Shown here piece by piece: positions 47,501 through 55,998 of a DNA stretch of 64,000 nt. The notes below the pieces were generated by a model. That model searched no databases and was not told the DNA's origin. It saw nothing but the letters and a program-made list of their open reading frames with translations. The stretch is from a virus, in IMG/VR virus record IMGVR_UViG_3300031823_000004, positions 17,341 to 81,340 of that record. One strand, given 5' to 3'. The translations under genes and the position numbers were made by a program. Within the stretch, counting starts at the first letter, position 1; every line of letters begins with the position of its first letter.

Positions 47501-48258
47501 AGCCGCAGATTGGACTTGCAGCGGTTGAACCGGTTGCTTTCCAGCGGCGCGAGCACGAGATCCAGGTCAAGCTGCAACAGCTTTGTCTGGTAGTCCTGCG
47601 GCATCACCCCGGGATGGAACTCGACGCGCACCGGCGGATCCTTTGGCTGCATCCCAAAGAACACCCATTCCACCTCGTCGCCGATCTCGGCCATCGCCGG
47701 GCGGATCAGTTCCAGGTCGCCGCCGTGCGAGATACCGCCCGCAAAGCCCACCCGCAGCCGCCCGGACGTCCTGGCGGGCCGCGGCCGCACCGCCTGCGCC
47801 GGCACCGCGTTGGGCACCACCCGTACGTCAGAACAGCCCAACTCCCCGCGGAACCACTCTGCCATCGGCCCGGTTGTCGTGGTCACCCGGTCGCAGACCT
47901 GCGCCGCCACCTTGATCTTCGCAGGCAGGTCAGGCGGCATGAACCCGGCGTGGTACGACGCGGGCGGGATCTCACCCAGATAGTCGTCGAGTTCGTACAC
48001 CAGCATCACGTTGGGCAGGCGCTCCCGGATCGTCTCCATCAGCGCCACCTGGTTCGGGTCGATCCAGCGCTGGAAAACCACCGTATCCGGGCCGATGGCT
48101 TCGATCATCTCGATCGGCCACGCATTGACGTCGATCCGCCCCTCGGCATAGCCGGACATGGCCAGCGACATCAGCGGCACGGCCATGCGGTGAAACCCGC
48201 AGCCGCTCATGTCGCCCGCAAAGCACAGTATGAAAGGTGGCCGCTCGTGACTACGCAC
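44587..48258 (-). CDS. Multidomain glycosyltransferase (GT4-like N-terminus plus GT2 domains)
   Basis: SGCGFHRM..P, YELDDYL, LAPLESNRFNRCKSNLRLIE; PDFKPDF; PLVSIIIPT, FVNDD, VGAVGARL, AVTGAC, YGDTDFC. Confidence 0.9.
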   Translation of the reverse strand: MRSHERPPFILCFAGDMSGCGFHRMAVPLMSLAMSGYAEGRIDVNAWPIEMIEAIGPDTVVFQRWIDPNQVALMETIRERLPNVMLVYELDDYLGEIPPASYHAGFMPPDLPAKIKVAAQVCDRVTTTTGPMAEWFRGELGCSDVRVVPNAVPAQAVRPRPARTSGRLRVGFAGGISHGGDLELIRPAMAEIGDEVEWVFFGMQPKDPPVRVEFHPGVMPQDYQTKLLQLDLDLVLAPLESNRFNRCKSNLRLIEAGMTGACAIVQWLEPYVDGDPPVFHYAESPEDWTKAISVFVNSAPEARQHSADRLQQWVLATHTLEGLMPARVDAWIKKDATAKAWVPGPVHKRLEDTVLALSSGQPPRFLRNAGRKHSLEDACRLAVSLGADLLWLRSGTVFDETGWHAMRGTLMQGDKVGAVVPLASDGPNAFPRDGHWTPMSADLVTAITASLRTMLPGRRLAVAAPSGPCILLSARALADVGIPDPVGCGGNEEQSLMEWGLRALARGWRTMQAADAYAASESVPIAPSHAAGQRLQLRGYGNALGNLPVENLSKQERLDVELDMLRMRWAGPQPGMAGFGHDYASWSALKGDVPDPDYEKAAAASLFVAVFGAKDITSEWVVFIDDTVDWRVNGLATLRAACASAPDDVLVVYGDNEFRNTEGHVYPDFKPDFDLELFLARDYVTPICAVRVGYMSYTVGIPQNRTSLYSHVLAVAETHGAKAFQHIPEPLVIVREATPEELAMSALNRQMAIEHRYGDAIDVSAHPMLPGALAVKRKWDVDNCAPLVSIIIPTLGAGRLIQPCVNTIRQHTRYPNFEIIVMQNGPERDWPELGAAQNDPRVSTVHWAAPDGKFNWSGCMNEAVRHINGEYLCFVNDDVQFGTEYWLDAMMGHAIRPDVGAVGARLIHPAGIVQHVGVVVHQGIAGHLLKGLPNGQAGNGWLAMLNHEAQAVTGACMLVSRANFSRAGGFDDKVFPLNYGDTDFCMKLRKLGLRNVVEMSAELLHPEGTSRTNPNDQANTLKQLADDNVRFAARWPDADPYWHPCLAVATAQGGATISGLNRDMLLWDEKRPRLDTVRVLTINDMPGASGQSVARMRVGQTVFCGVLDGFMLRLAAPAPANLDGWDIRRPKEIAAGLKRLGIDRIVLRSLIGAAGPAPPVEALRCLAALGIPVSIDPIDPMLVAPWLSEQPDKAAELFGFGSDLGAWKAAYEEIVPAIMEAAE

Positions 48259-48611
48259 TACGAAAACTCCCTGTTGATGGCGAAGATATCGAGTTCCGGC
48301 TTCGACGGTTGCTCATGCGTCAGCAGCACCGGCACTACACGTTTACCGCCGTGATTGTCGATAAACCACATTGGAACACCGACTGGCCTGTAAAATACCA
48401 GCCTGTCCTGCACATCGTCCGGCACAGGATGTTCCGTTTTGACGGTTATGCACGGGCAAACAGCCCACGCAACACCAGCCTCCGCTGCCTGCGAGTCCAG
48501 ACCATAGTCATAGCCGACCACGATAGTGCCGACCGACGGCTTAACCTCTCGCAGGCAATCGACAAGATCGCTGTACGTCAGCGTGTCGCCCTTCGGCCGT
48601 GTCCAGGTCAT
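48258..48611 (-). CDS. Hypothetical protein
   Basis: Overlapping start and stop with both neighbours. Confidence 0.55.
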   Translation of the reverse strand: MTWTRPKGDTLTYSDLVDCLREVKPSVGTIVVGYDYGLDSQAAEAGVAWAVCPCITVKTEHPVPDDVQDRLVFYRPVGVPMWFIDNHGGKRVVPVLLTHEQPSKPELDIFAINREFS

Positions 48612-49246
48612 GCGCCGATCCTCTTCAGACCGATCTTTTCCAGTTCGGCGTCTTCGACGAAAGACACCATATTGACCGCGAACTCGCGCGCCATCTCCGG
48701 GGTCATCGTGCGGAACGACCAATCAGCGGGCAGCAACAGCAACCATCCGTTGGGGTTTGCCTCGCGCACCTTGCGCGACAGTTCCGCTATACCGCCGCTA
48801 GCGTCCAGCAGTGCACCAGGGTCCGGCACACCCAGCCGCAGGATCGTCAGGCCATCCGCAGGAGCGTGATGCACCTCGGCCAATGCACCGGCCAGGGGAT
48901 CGTCGAGGCATAGCCGGGCTGTACCGACATAAAGGGTGCCCTTGGTCAAACCGTGCGACTTCAGGTCGTCAACCGCGCAGTCGATATGCAGCACAGCGCG
49001 TTCGAACCACGATTCAGACGCAACAGCCTGCATCTGCGGGTCAAGCTGCTCGACCAGCGCGTCATCGACCAGTTTTGCCGAGACCACAACGCCGATAACG
49101 CTGCCATCGCTGTCGTTGACCGCCAGCCCGACAACGTCTTTCGCCGCCTGCTCCATAGCCGCAGGCGAAAGCGGTGAAACGTCAGACGTGAAGTCCTCCC
49201 GCACGATGTCACCGGTCGACAGCGTCAGTTCCAGGTACTTGCTCAT
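48608..49246 (-). CDS. Hypothetical protein
   Basis: ATGA overlaps at both ends. Confidence 0.6.
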   Translation of the reverse strand: MSKYLELTLSTGDIVREDFTSDVSPLSPAAMEQAAKDVVGLAVNDSDGSVIGVVVSAKLVDDALVEQLDPQMQAVASESWFERAVLHIDCAVDDLKSHGLTKGTLYVGTARLCLDDPLAGALAEVHHAPADGLTILRLGVPDPGALLDASGGIAELSRKVREANPNGWLLLLPADWSFRTMTPEMAREFAVNMVSFVEDAELEKIGLKRIGA

Positions 49247-49488
49247 GCAGACAGTCCATCTCCCAGTCCGCGCATAAGATGCGGGTATTTCGGATCCAGC
49301 TTGCAGCCCTCCAGCAGGACACGGCACGCTTCAGCGCGTGTGCGCCCTCTGTCGGAGAGGCAATACCGCGGACCGCCGGGTATCTTGTCGCGAGGGTCGC
49401 GGTACACGGCAACCGCACGAAACCAGTTACCGTCGGCCTTCACGAAAAGAATGCGCCAGCCAAGACGCGGGTCGATTTCAGTGCTCAT
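49243..49488 (-). CDS. Hypothetical protein
   Basis: ATGA-coupled. Confidence 0.55.
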   Translation of the reverse strand: MSTEIDPRLGWRILFVKADGNWFRAVAVYRDPRDKIPGGPRYCLSDRGRTRAEACRVLLEGCKLDPKYPHLMRGLGDGLSA

Positions 49489-49772
49489 GCTTCCGTCTTT
49501 TTCTTATTGAAACCCGGCCAGATGTCATCAGCGCTTCCGCCGTGCGCTACATAGCCTGCGATATACTCGCATATATTCACGAGCCCCATCTGACCGCCAC
49601 ACTCCAGGCACGTCACCTTATCGCCAATTTTGGCTATACGGCCGCCGGGGAAGCGGTGCTTGACGCATGCATTCAGCTTGCGATGGTTTTCTTTTACCTT
49701 GTCCCATATAGTCAGTACATCGCCGCGTGACGTGCCGCTGATTCTCGACAACAGTTCCGCACCGTCCGTCAT
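49485..49772 (-). CDS. Small Zn-binding hypothetical protein
   Basis: C..H.F...C.EC.G; ATGA overlap with the portal stop. Confidence 0.65.
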   Translation of the reverse strand: MTDGAELLSRISGTSRGDVLTIWDKVKENHRKLNACVKHRFPGGRIAKIGDKVTCLECGGQMGLVNICEYIAGYVAHGGSADDIWPGFNKKKTEA

Positions 49773-51523
49773 GCATCGGCTCCCGCGCTCGCTTCCTCTT
49801 GCGCCGAATTTCTTCTGACTCCGCTTCTGTGACCGTGTGTCAGTGACTGTGCGGGGTCTTTCTTGCTCGCAAACGGCGCACCCTGCTTCTCGGTATCCTT
49901 GCCGCCACCGCCCTCGCCACCTTCCTCGTCACCACCGCCCATCGCCAGTTCCAGCCACTTCGTCGCCACTGTTTGAAACACGCTAGCCTTCGCTGGATCT
50001 TCAGGACAGTGAGACATGATCTCGCCGATGATCTTTATCTCCTGCGACATACCTTTCGACAGGTCCGGCAGATCGACTGCGGTGCGGCTCTCTTTCCAGG
50101 TGCGCGCCAGCTTCCTGGCCTCGTACGCACGAGCATCTTCCTTTGGGTTGGCGCCATTGAAGCGCAGCACCAGGTCAGGCCAGTTCGGCGCAATCAGGTA
50201 TTCATTGATCCGATTCTTGGCAAAGCCCAGCAGCACAGGCAGACCGGGATCGTCCACACCTGCGGTCTCGACCGATTCATTTTTCAGCGGTTCGTTGTCG
50301 CGGCGTTGACCGGAGGCGAAGATGCCAAGCCGCCGCTGCGGAAACTGGGCAATGATGCAGTATATGCCACCCATCATGTTCAGATGGTCTTTATAGCGGA
50401 TCTCCTCGCCCTTCAGGTCCATGAAGTTCAGGATTTCCAGCTTGGCCTTTTCCGGTATGCCGATCACCGGCATGCCCCACATTTTCGACACGCCGCGCTT
50501 CATGTTGGTGAACTCGCGCGTCAATGCGTCGAGTTGCGGCTGATTGAAATAGTCGCCGACCGCCAGCATGATGCCGTTCGGCATTGAGTTTCTGGTGAAG
50601 GTGTCCGAGTTCAGTTGAAGGGCGGACTGGAACGCCTGCACCATCAAAATGGATATTTCGACTTCCGACCACCCATAGCCCCAGACGGACGGATCAGTGC
50701 GTGCGTTACGGATCGACCACACCAGTTCATCACGGGAAAACGGCCGTACGGGATTTCCCGTATCGTCCACCATAGCACAGAACAGGTGCGGGTTGTTGGC
50801 ATAACCCTTGCCGGGGATCGCCAGACGCATGTTACCGGCGGGCAGATTGGCGTACGCTTTGATCCGCCCGGCCTTGTCCATATCTGTCCACACCGCCCAG
50901 CCGTCAAAGGTGTGCGTGTCGTCGCCGAACTGGCGCAGGAACATCTCGAATGAAGAGATGCGATTGGCATCGCGCTCACGCGCATCGGAGTACGAGGACT
51001 CCCGGTTGCAGTTCCAGATGAACCGTTCGGCGTCGCGGATGTTTTTCAGATCCTCCCGTGACGGGGTCGCTGATTGATCGCGCAGCCCGATCGACCACCC
51101 CGGCTCCCATAACTGGGTCGACAGGCCGGAATAGCGTGCAAGATCGGCGACCCTGGCCCGGGTGACGAGTTGCGGTGCGATGTTCTCGCGGGCGACCTTG
51201 CGCAGGGACTCCGGCGGGATCCCAGGCCACGGCAGCAGGCCTGCGTTTGCCGGGTCCGGCATGAAGGACATGGTGGCGTAGCTGTAGGCCTGCGGCGGCA
51301 CGTCGAGCCCGAGTGCCTTGGCGACTTCCTGAAGGCTCGACTCTACCGCCTTCGCCACGTCGCCCATGCTGGCGCGCATCGCCATCAGGTAGGTATCGGC
51401 ACTGCCGACGAAACTGTCATAGTAGGTACTCGGCACAGGAAACCGCGCCGTCGGGTGGTCCTCGCCAATAGCTTTGTTGATGTCGAACGGCTCGTCCGAG
51501 ATATACGATGCGCCCGGGGTCAT
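49769..51523 (-). CDS. Portal protein
   Basis: FL....DDTHTFD, RNARTD...GYGWSEVE, F...SMPNGI, WGMPV, NEYLI; lies between terminase and protease. Confidence 0.88.
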   Translation of the reverse strand: MTPGASYISDEPFDINKAIGEDHPTARFPVPSTYYDSFVGSADTYLMAMRASMGDVAKAVESSLQEVAKALGLDVPPQAYSYATMSFMPDPANAGLLPWPGIPPESLRKVARENIAPQLVTRARVADLARYSGLSTQLWEPGWSIGLRDQSATPSREDLKNIRDAERFIWNCNRESSYSDARERDANRISSFEMFLRQFGDDTHTFDGWAVWTDMDKAGRIKAYANLPAGNMRLAIPGKGYANNPHLFCAMVDDTGNPVRPFSRDELVWSIRNARTDPSVWGYGWSEVEISILMVQAFQSALQLNSDTFTRNSMPNGIMLAVGDYFNQPQLDALTREFTNMKRGVSKMWGMPVIGIPEKAKLEILNFMDLKGEEIRYKDHLNMMGGIYCIIAQFPQRRLGIFASGQRRDNEPLKNESVETAGVDDPGLPVLLGFAKNRINEYLIAPNWPDLVLRFNGANPKEDARAYEARKLARTWKESRTAVDLPDLSKGMSQEIKIIGEIMSHCPEDPAKASVFQTVATKWLELAMGGGDEEGGEGGGGKDTEKQGAPFASKKDPAQSLTHGHRSGVRRNSAQEEASAGADA

Positions 51524-51855
51524 GCGCCTAACCTTTCGGCTGATCGCAGCGGCTCTTTACAGCCCGTACAGCGAAGGGGTGCCTCGTTACGCCAGTCCAG
51601 AACCGCACCGCAACTGCAAACCGGACATTCGTAACAGCAACTGGCGTGGTTGTAGATACTCACCTTCAGCCGTTTCGGCTTACGCGCCGCCTTTTGTCCT
51701 GCTTCCCACCCTCGCACATAGGCGGTGACAAGGGATTGGTCGAAGGGAGAGCATTCACCCACTGAACGGCTTGCAAGATAGGCAGCAACACCTCGCTGAT
51801 ACGCTTCGATCTCGCGCTCGACGTCGCGTACGGAAACCGTGTTGCAGTCGATCAT
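51520..51855 (-). CDS. Zn-ribbon hypothetical protein
   Basis: AYQRG...AYVRGW and CPVC...CTGC. Confidence 0.6.
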   Translation of the reverse strand: MIDCNTVSVRDVEREIEAYQRGVAAYLASRSVGECSPFDQSLVTAYVRGWEAGQKAARKPKRLKVSIYNHASCCYECPVCSCGAVLDWRNEAPLRCTGCKEPLRSAERLGA

Positions 51856-52124
51856 GCCACAATCCTTTCGGCCTGCACGCTCTCTGACGACATAGCGGCA
51901 AACGGCATATACAGGTTTGTCGCGAATATCTCGATTCTTGTCATCGGCAACAGGTACGTGTAGTCGATAGAGTCATCAAACGCCGCCACCGTACCCCAGC
52001 TTGCGGGCGCCTTCGGAAAGCAAATCTGCGGCTGCACTGGCACCGGCAGGCCAGGCCTGCGCGCGACCAGCAGTGCCGCCAAAGCAGCCGAACCCGTTAA
52101 AAAACCACGGCGGCTAAGCTGCAT
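51852..52124 (-). CDS. Tat-signal protein carrying fragments of the phage's own virion proteins
   Basis: AAGGA RBS; MQLSRRGFLTGSAALAALLVA; FPKAPASWGTVAAF matches ORF 32116; DDSIDYTYLLPMTRIEIFATNLYMP matches the capsid protein. Confidence 0.8.
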   Translation of the reverse strand: MQLSRRGFLTGSAALAALLVARRPGLPVPVQPQICFPKAPASWGTVAAFDDSIDYTYLLPMTRIEIFATNLYMPFAAMSSESVQAERIVA

Positions 52125-52728
52125 CGACGAGTTCCTTGGGCGTGAGCGCGACATACCCCTCATTGTCGTAATCGAACCGCACGTCATGCGTCGCGCCGAA
52201 CACCCGGCCGAAGAATGACGCGTCCCGCGACCGCGGGCAGAACGGCCGCACATTCGCGGGCAAATTGCCGCTGGAGAACGCGCCGTCAACCCAGATACGC
52301 AAATCGTCAACCAGAATGACGTCTTTGCCAACCGGACGGTTCTCGGCGATCATCTCCAGTTCCGTCAGCAGCGGCAGCCGCCGGGCATCGTCCGCCTCGT
52401 CGCCGTAGCCGTGCAGGCCGTAATCCGCGCCGGGAAAATGTGCGTCCAGCCAGAAAAGGATCGGCTCGTCATCCGGGATCAGCACGCACGTGTCGTGCAG
52501 GAAGCTGGCGCTGTCCTGCGCCAGCACGGTCACCCGCCGGTCCGAGACGAACGTGACGCCCACCCGGTCGGCCAGCATCGACATGACATCGCATGAGCGC
52601 AGAGTCCGGAAGTGAAAGCGGACAGCATGTCCGAGGCCTTCCCCGGTACCGGTACCGGTCTCGACGAAATGCAGGACACTGTGCCTGGCAATCAGTGCGT
52701 TCAGATCGAAATGCGTGAGCGCGCCCAT
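52114..52728 (-). CDS. Methyltransferase-like protein (class I SAM fold)
   Basis: FVETGTGTG, QDSASFL, FWLDAH, PLLTEL, VILVDD. Confidence 0.75.
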   Translation of the reverse strand: MGALTHFDLNALIARHSVLHFVETGTGTGEGLGHAVRFHFRTLRSCDVMSMLADRVGVTFVSDRRVTVLAQDSASFLHDTCVLIPDDEPILFWLDAHFPGADYGLHGYGDEADDARRLPLLTELEMIAENRPVGKDVILVDDLRIWVDGAFSSGNLPANVRPFCPRSRDASFFGRVFGATHDVRFDYDNEGYVALTPKELVDAA

Positions 52729-52832
52729 CAGGTGAACAACCTCCGAAAAAGGACCATGACCGCCCGAAACGGAAAAACGTCTGCACCGCTGGGGCTTACG
52801 TACGTGATCGGACCCCTCGGCTTCGCGCCCAT
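52728..52832 (-). CDS. 34-aa peptide
   Basis: GGAGG RBS; TGATG overlap with the methyltransferase start. Confidence 0.45.
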   Translation of the reverse strand: MGAKPRGPITYVSPSGADVFPFRAVMVLFRRLFT

Positions 52833-52846
52833 CAGAACCTCCGTAA

Positions 52847-53185
52847 CTACTGCGGTGTAGCCTTCCGCATGATCTCGGCGTACTCCTCGTCGGTCAGCCT
52901 CAGTACGGTCGCCGCCGCCGGGCCACGGTCGCCGCCGGTCATGCGCATGGGCGCTGGTGACTTCAGGCCGTCACGCTGCGGCAGATACGGGACATCGCCG
53001 TACACGCGCTCCAGCGGTTCCGTCCGAACACCATCTTTGTCTGCGATGACAAGGGTACCGGTCGGCCCGGGGTTAAGCAGGACTCCGTCCTTATCCACGG
53101 TGACGACGGTGCCGGACGAGTGCCGGTACTCGTACGGCGGCCGGGGACGCTCCCACAGACGCCTCACTGCACGCCATAGGTTCAT
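52847..53185 (-). CDS. Hypothetical protein
   Basis: GGAGG RBS. Confidence 0.55.
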   Translation of the reverse strand: MNLWRAVRRLWERPRPPYEYRHSSGTVVTVDKDGVLLNPGPTGTLVIADKDGVRTEPLERVYGDVPYLPQRDGLKSPAPMRMTGGDRGPAAATVLRLTDEEYAEIMRKATPQ

Positions 53186-53275
53186 CCCGACGCCCTCCGT
53201 ACGGCTTCGGGGTCATACCCTACACATGCCGGAAAGACAGCGCAAGCCTGCGAAATGGTTGCAGTAGACGCGGCT

Positions 53276-55234
53276 TTACAGGCCTGCGAGCGCCGGATCC
53301 TCGACGACGCTGCCGTGCTTTGCCCAGTCGGGACACCCGTTCATGGCGCTGGTCACCCGCCGGTGCTTGCGGCACCGCTCGGCGTTGTCCCACACCCCGT
53401 AATAGTGGCAGGGAGCACCGCACATGCCGACGTACGGCGAGACCACCAGGTCCGGCTGGATGGCCGTCTGGGCGATGCCCTGAAAGGCATCCATCGCCGC
53501 CGTGCGCGGATCCTCCATGCCGAACGGCAGCGGCACCGGCAGTGGGGTAGCCGCTTGGCCGAAGCCCGGCACGTACGCCACCTGCCGCCCGCGGGAGATC
53601 GCCCGGGTGACGAGGTGCACCAGGGCGTCGAACTCGTCAGTCGCCTTGGTGCCGCCAGCGAAGGAACAGACCCGCTTCAGGAAGCCTTCCGCCGCGTCCC
53701 CGTGGGGCCCTGTCAGCCACGCCGCGCCGCCCGGCACGCGAACCCGGTGCAGCTTGACCCAGCCCTCCATGGACGCCCCGCCGCCGGGGATCGGCAGCCC
53801 GTCGTCCTGCTTCAGAACCGGATTTGTCGCGCGCTCGACCTTGCCCTGCTCGACCTTCTGCCCGACGACGGGGATGTGGGTGCCGCGGAACACCTGCAAC
53901 AGCCCGACGCCCGACTGCTTCTCTTCGACCGTCACCCGGCGCGGGTGCCACTTGCCGTGCCTGGAGCGCAGCGCCATCGCCAGTTCTTTGAAATTGATGT
54001 TCCTGGCCATCAGGTCCAGCAGCCAGACATCCCAGTGGAAATCGCAGGGGCCCACCAGGTCCGGATCCTCGCCGCAGTGCCACTCGCTGCACGGCACCAG
54101 CAGCCCGGTCAGCGCCACAGTCAGCGACTTCGACTGCGGCTGGCCAAGTGCAGTGTCCCAGGCCTCTTCGATCTCGGCACCCTGGAACTCGGCGATCCAG
54201 CGCCGTACGTCCGGCGCCTGGATCCCCATATCAAGGCCTGGAGGCGGCACGTACGGAATGAAATCTTCCTCGGCCAGAAGCCCGGTGCCGCCGCCGGTCA
54301 TGTCGCCGTCGTAGTTGATCGCCGCAACCCGCGGCCGCCGGCGCTTCACAACCTCATAGTTGCGCCGCTTGGTCGGCGAGCCCGGCCAGTAGAAACCGGC
54401 ACCCGTCTGGTCGATCGCGGCGTAGTAGGCCTTGTAATGCACGTACAGCGACGTGGGATCCTGTTCGGGCTCGGGCTCCAGGGTCTCGGTGAATACGCAC
54501 TCCATGCCTTTCGGCACATAGACGTCGTACCACAGCCGCTTCGAGCCGCCTTTCCGGGTGGCAGGCAGTTCCATCACCACCCAGTCGCCGGACTTCCGCC
54601 ATTCCTGGTAAATGTCGTCTCCAGCCCACCAGCGGCCCACCGCGACGCGGCGGCAGCCGCGGGGGTCAGCCCGGTCGAGCAAGGTGCGGTAGTAGCGGTC
54701 CAGCACCTCGGCGCGGCCCTCGGGCGTCCTGGCGTTCTCCTCGTCGTGCAGGTCGTCGAATATCTCGACCCGGCAGTGGATGCCGGTCAGCGCCTTCGAC
54801 GCGAGCCCGGCACAGAAATAGGACGGGTTCTCGTCGCCCGGATGGTGCCCGGTGACGAACAGCCCGCGGTCGAGCGACCAGCCGGCGCCCTTGTCCGGGA
54901 AGACATCGGGGAACGTCTGGCGGAACGCCGGATCGTCCGCGATGACCTGCATGGTAGCGAGCATGAAGGTCTGCGGCAGCTTTTCACCGGCGCTGACCGA
55001 CAAGATGCTAAGGCTCGGATCGTGGCCGAGTTCCCAGGATGGATAGATGATATCCAGCAGCACCGACTTGCCGGCACCCGCGCACAGCATGAACAGCACG
55101 TTATTGATGCGGCTGTCCTCCAGCGCGGCCACCATCGGGTAGTGATGCGGCGCAAGCTGGAAGCCGCGCTTGCCGAACACCGAGTTGTAAAACGTTGCCA
55201 GTCCGATCTTGCGTTCAGGCATGTCAGAAATCAT
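53276..55234 (-). CDS. terL: Terminase large subunit
   Basis: Walker A AGAGKS, Walker B EIFDD, GRWW..DD, nuclease WDTA, VEEKQSG, GKVERA, DEFDA. Start at 55234 or 55222. Confidence 0.92.
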   Translation of the reverse strand: MISDMPERKIGLATFYNSVFGKRGFQLAPHHYPMVAALEDSRINNVLFMLCAGAGKSVLLDIIYPSWELGHDPSLSILSVSAGEKLPQTFMLATMQVIADDPAFRQTFPDVFPDKGAGWSLDRGLFVTGHHPGDENPSYFCAGLASKALTGIHCRVEIFDDLHDEENARTPEGRAEVLDRYYRTLLDRADPRGCRRVAVGRWWAGDDIYQEWRKSGDWVVMELPATRKGGSKRLWYDVYVPKGMECVFTETLEPEPEQDPTSLYVHYKAYYAAIDQTGAGFYWPGSPTKRRNYEVVKRRRPRVAAINYDGDMTGGGTGLLAEEDFIPYVPPPGLDMGIQAPDVRRWIAEFQGAEIEEAWDTALGQPQSKSLTVALTGLLVPCSEWHCGEDPDLVGPCDFHWDVWLLDLMARNINFKELAMALRSRHGKWHPRRVTVEEKQSGVGLLQVFRGTHIPVVGQKVEQGKVERATNPVLKQDDGLPIPGGGASMEGWVKLHRVRVPGGAAWLTGPHGDAAEGFLKRVCSFAGGTKATDEFDALVHLVTRAISRGRQVAYVPGFGQAATPLPVPLPFGMEDPRTAAMDAFQGIAQTAIQPDLVVSPYVGMCGAPCHYYGVWDNAERCRKHRRVTSAMNGCPDWAKHGSVVEDPALAGL

Positions 55235-55596
55235 CCCAAGGCATCATGACGATCCGGTTGCCGCAGAAGTCATACCCGTCGGGGTACTTGAACTCGGCCT
55301 GTGCTTTCTTCCGCCACTCGGCTTTCTTGGGATCCGTAAGCGTGTTCTACTGCTTGTCGGATAGCTCGCTGCACAGGCGGCTGGCGTGCTTATCGTGCTC
55401 GGTCATCGGCTGCCTTTCCAGCATGAAACTACGCCACTCCTCGTCAGTTCCATAATGCTCTTTCGAGTCGAAGTCCGGCGGCGGATAGCCGTTCAGCGCC
55501 ATAGTGATCCGCTGACTGCGCAATCTCAAAACCTGCGCCGGTGTCAAGACGTTCAGATCAGCAAGACTTAACAAAACAGAGTGGTATTTTTGCACG
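55224..55596 (-). pseudogene. ORF interrupted by one in-frame TAG (55347-55349): read-through, mutation or sequencing error
   Basis: The frame stays open for 40 more codons after the TAG and ends 1 nt before terL ATG 55222. Start uncertain. Confidence 0.45.
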
Positions 55597-55786
55597 AGGG
55601 CCACCAACTCACCGCTTCGAACGTCCAGCCGCGCGTGAACGAATGCGTGTGGACAGCCTGGACATGCCACCCTTCGAACTGCCGCAGGATCGGCGCCGCC
55701 TGGACCACTATGTCATCCCGCGCGACGAGCCCGGCGCAGAACGGCCGGGCTCCATCGGCAGTCAGCCGGTAAAGCGCCTCGGTCAC
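55568..55786 (-). CDS. Hypothetical protein
   Basis: FCAGLV...IVVQAAPILR, GTGA-coupled. Confidence 0.6.
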   Translation of the reverse strand: MTEALYRLTADGARPFCAGLVARDDIVVQAAPILRQFEGWHVQAVHTHSFTRGWTFEAVSWWPSCKNTTLFC

Positions 55787-55995
55787 CAGTGTCCTTTGAA
55801 CACGTGCGACAGGTCGATGAAGCCATCGGGCAGGGCCGCTTCCTTGGGCTTTTTCTCTTTGCCCTCGCGCTTCAGATCGTTCGACTCGTCCGCCAGGCGA
55901 TGCGCCGTGCGGCCGGACATACCGTGCTCGCGGGCGATCGACGGGTCATGGTCGGCCGCATTGAACAGCTTCCGCTGTTTCTCGGTAAACGGCAT
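55783..55995 (-). CDS. Small phage protein
   Basis: AGGAG RBS; MPFTEKQRKLF.AA.HDP..A...G. Confidence 0.65.
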   Translation of the reverse strand: MPFTEKQRKLFNAADHDPSIAREHGMSGRTAHRLADESNDLKREGKEKKPKEAALPDGFIDLSHVFKGHW

Positions 55996-55998
55996 GAC

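Noticed and set aside
51903-52019. Diversity-generating retroelement template/variable repeat pair
   Set aside because: Differences from the donor genes are not adenine-specific and are largely synonymous or conservative; no reverse transcriptase in the window.
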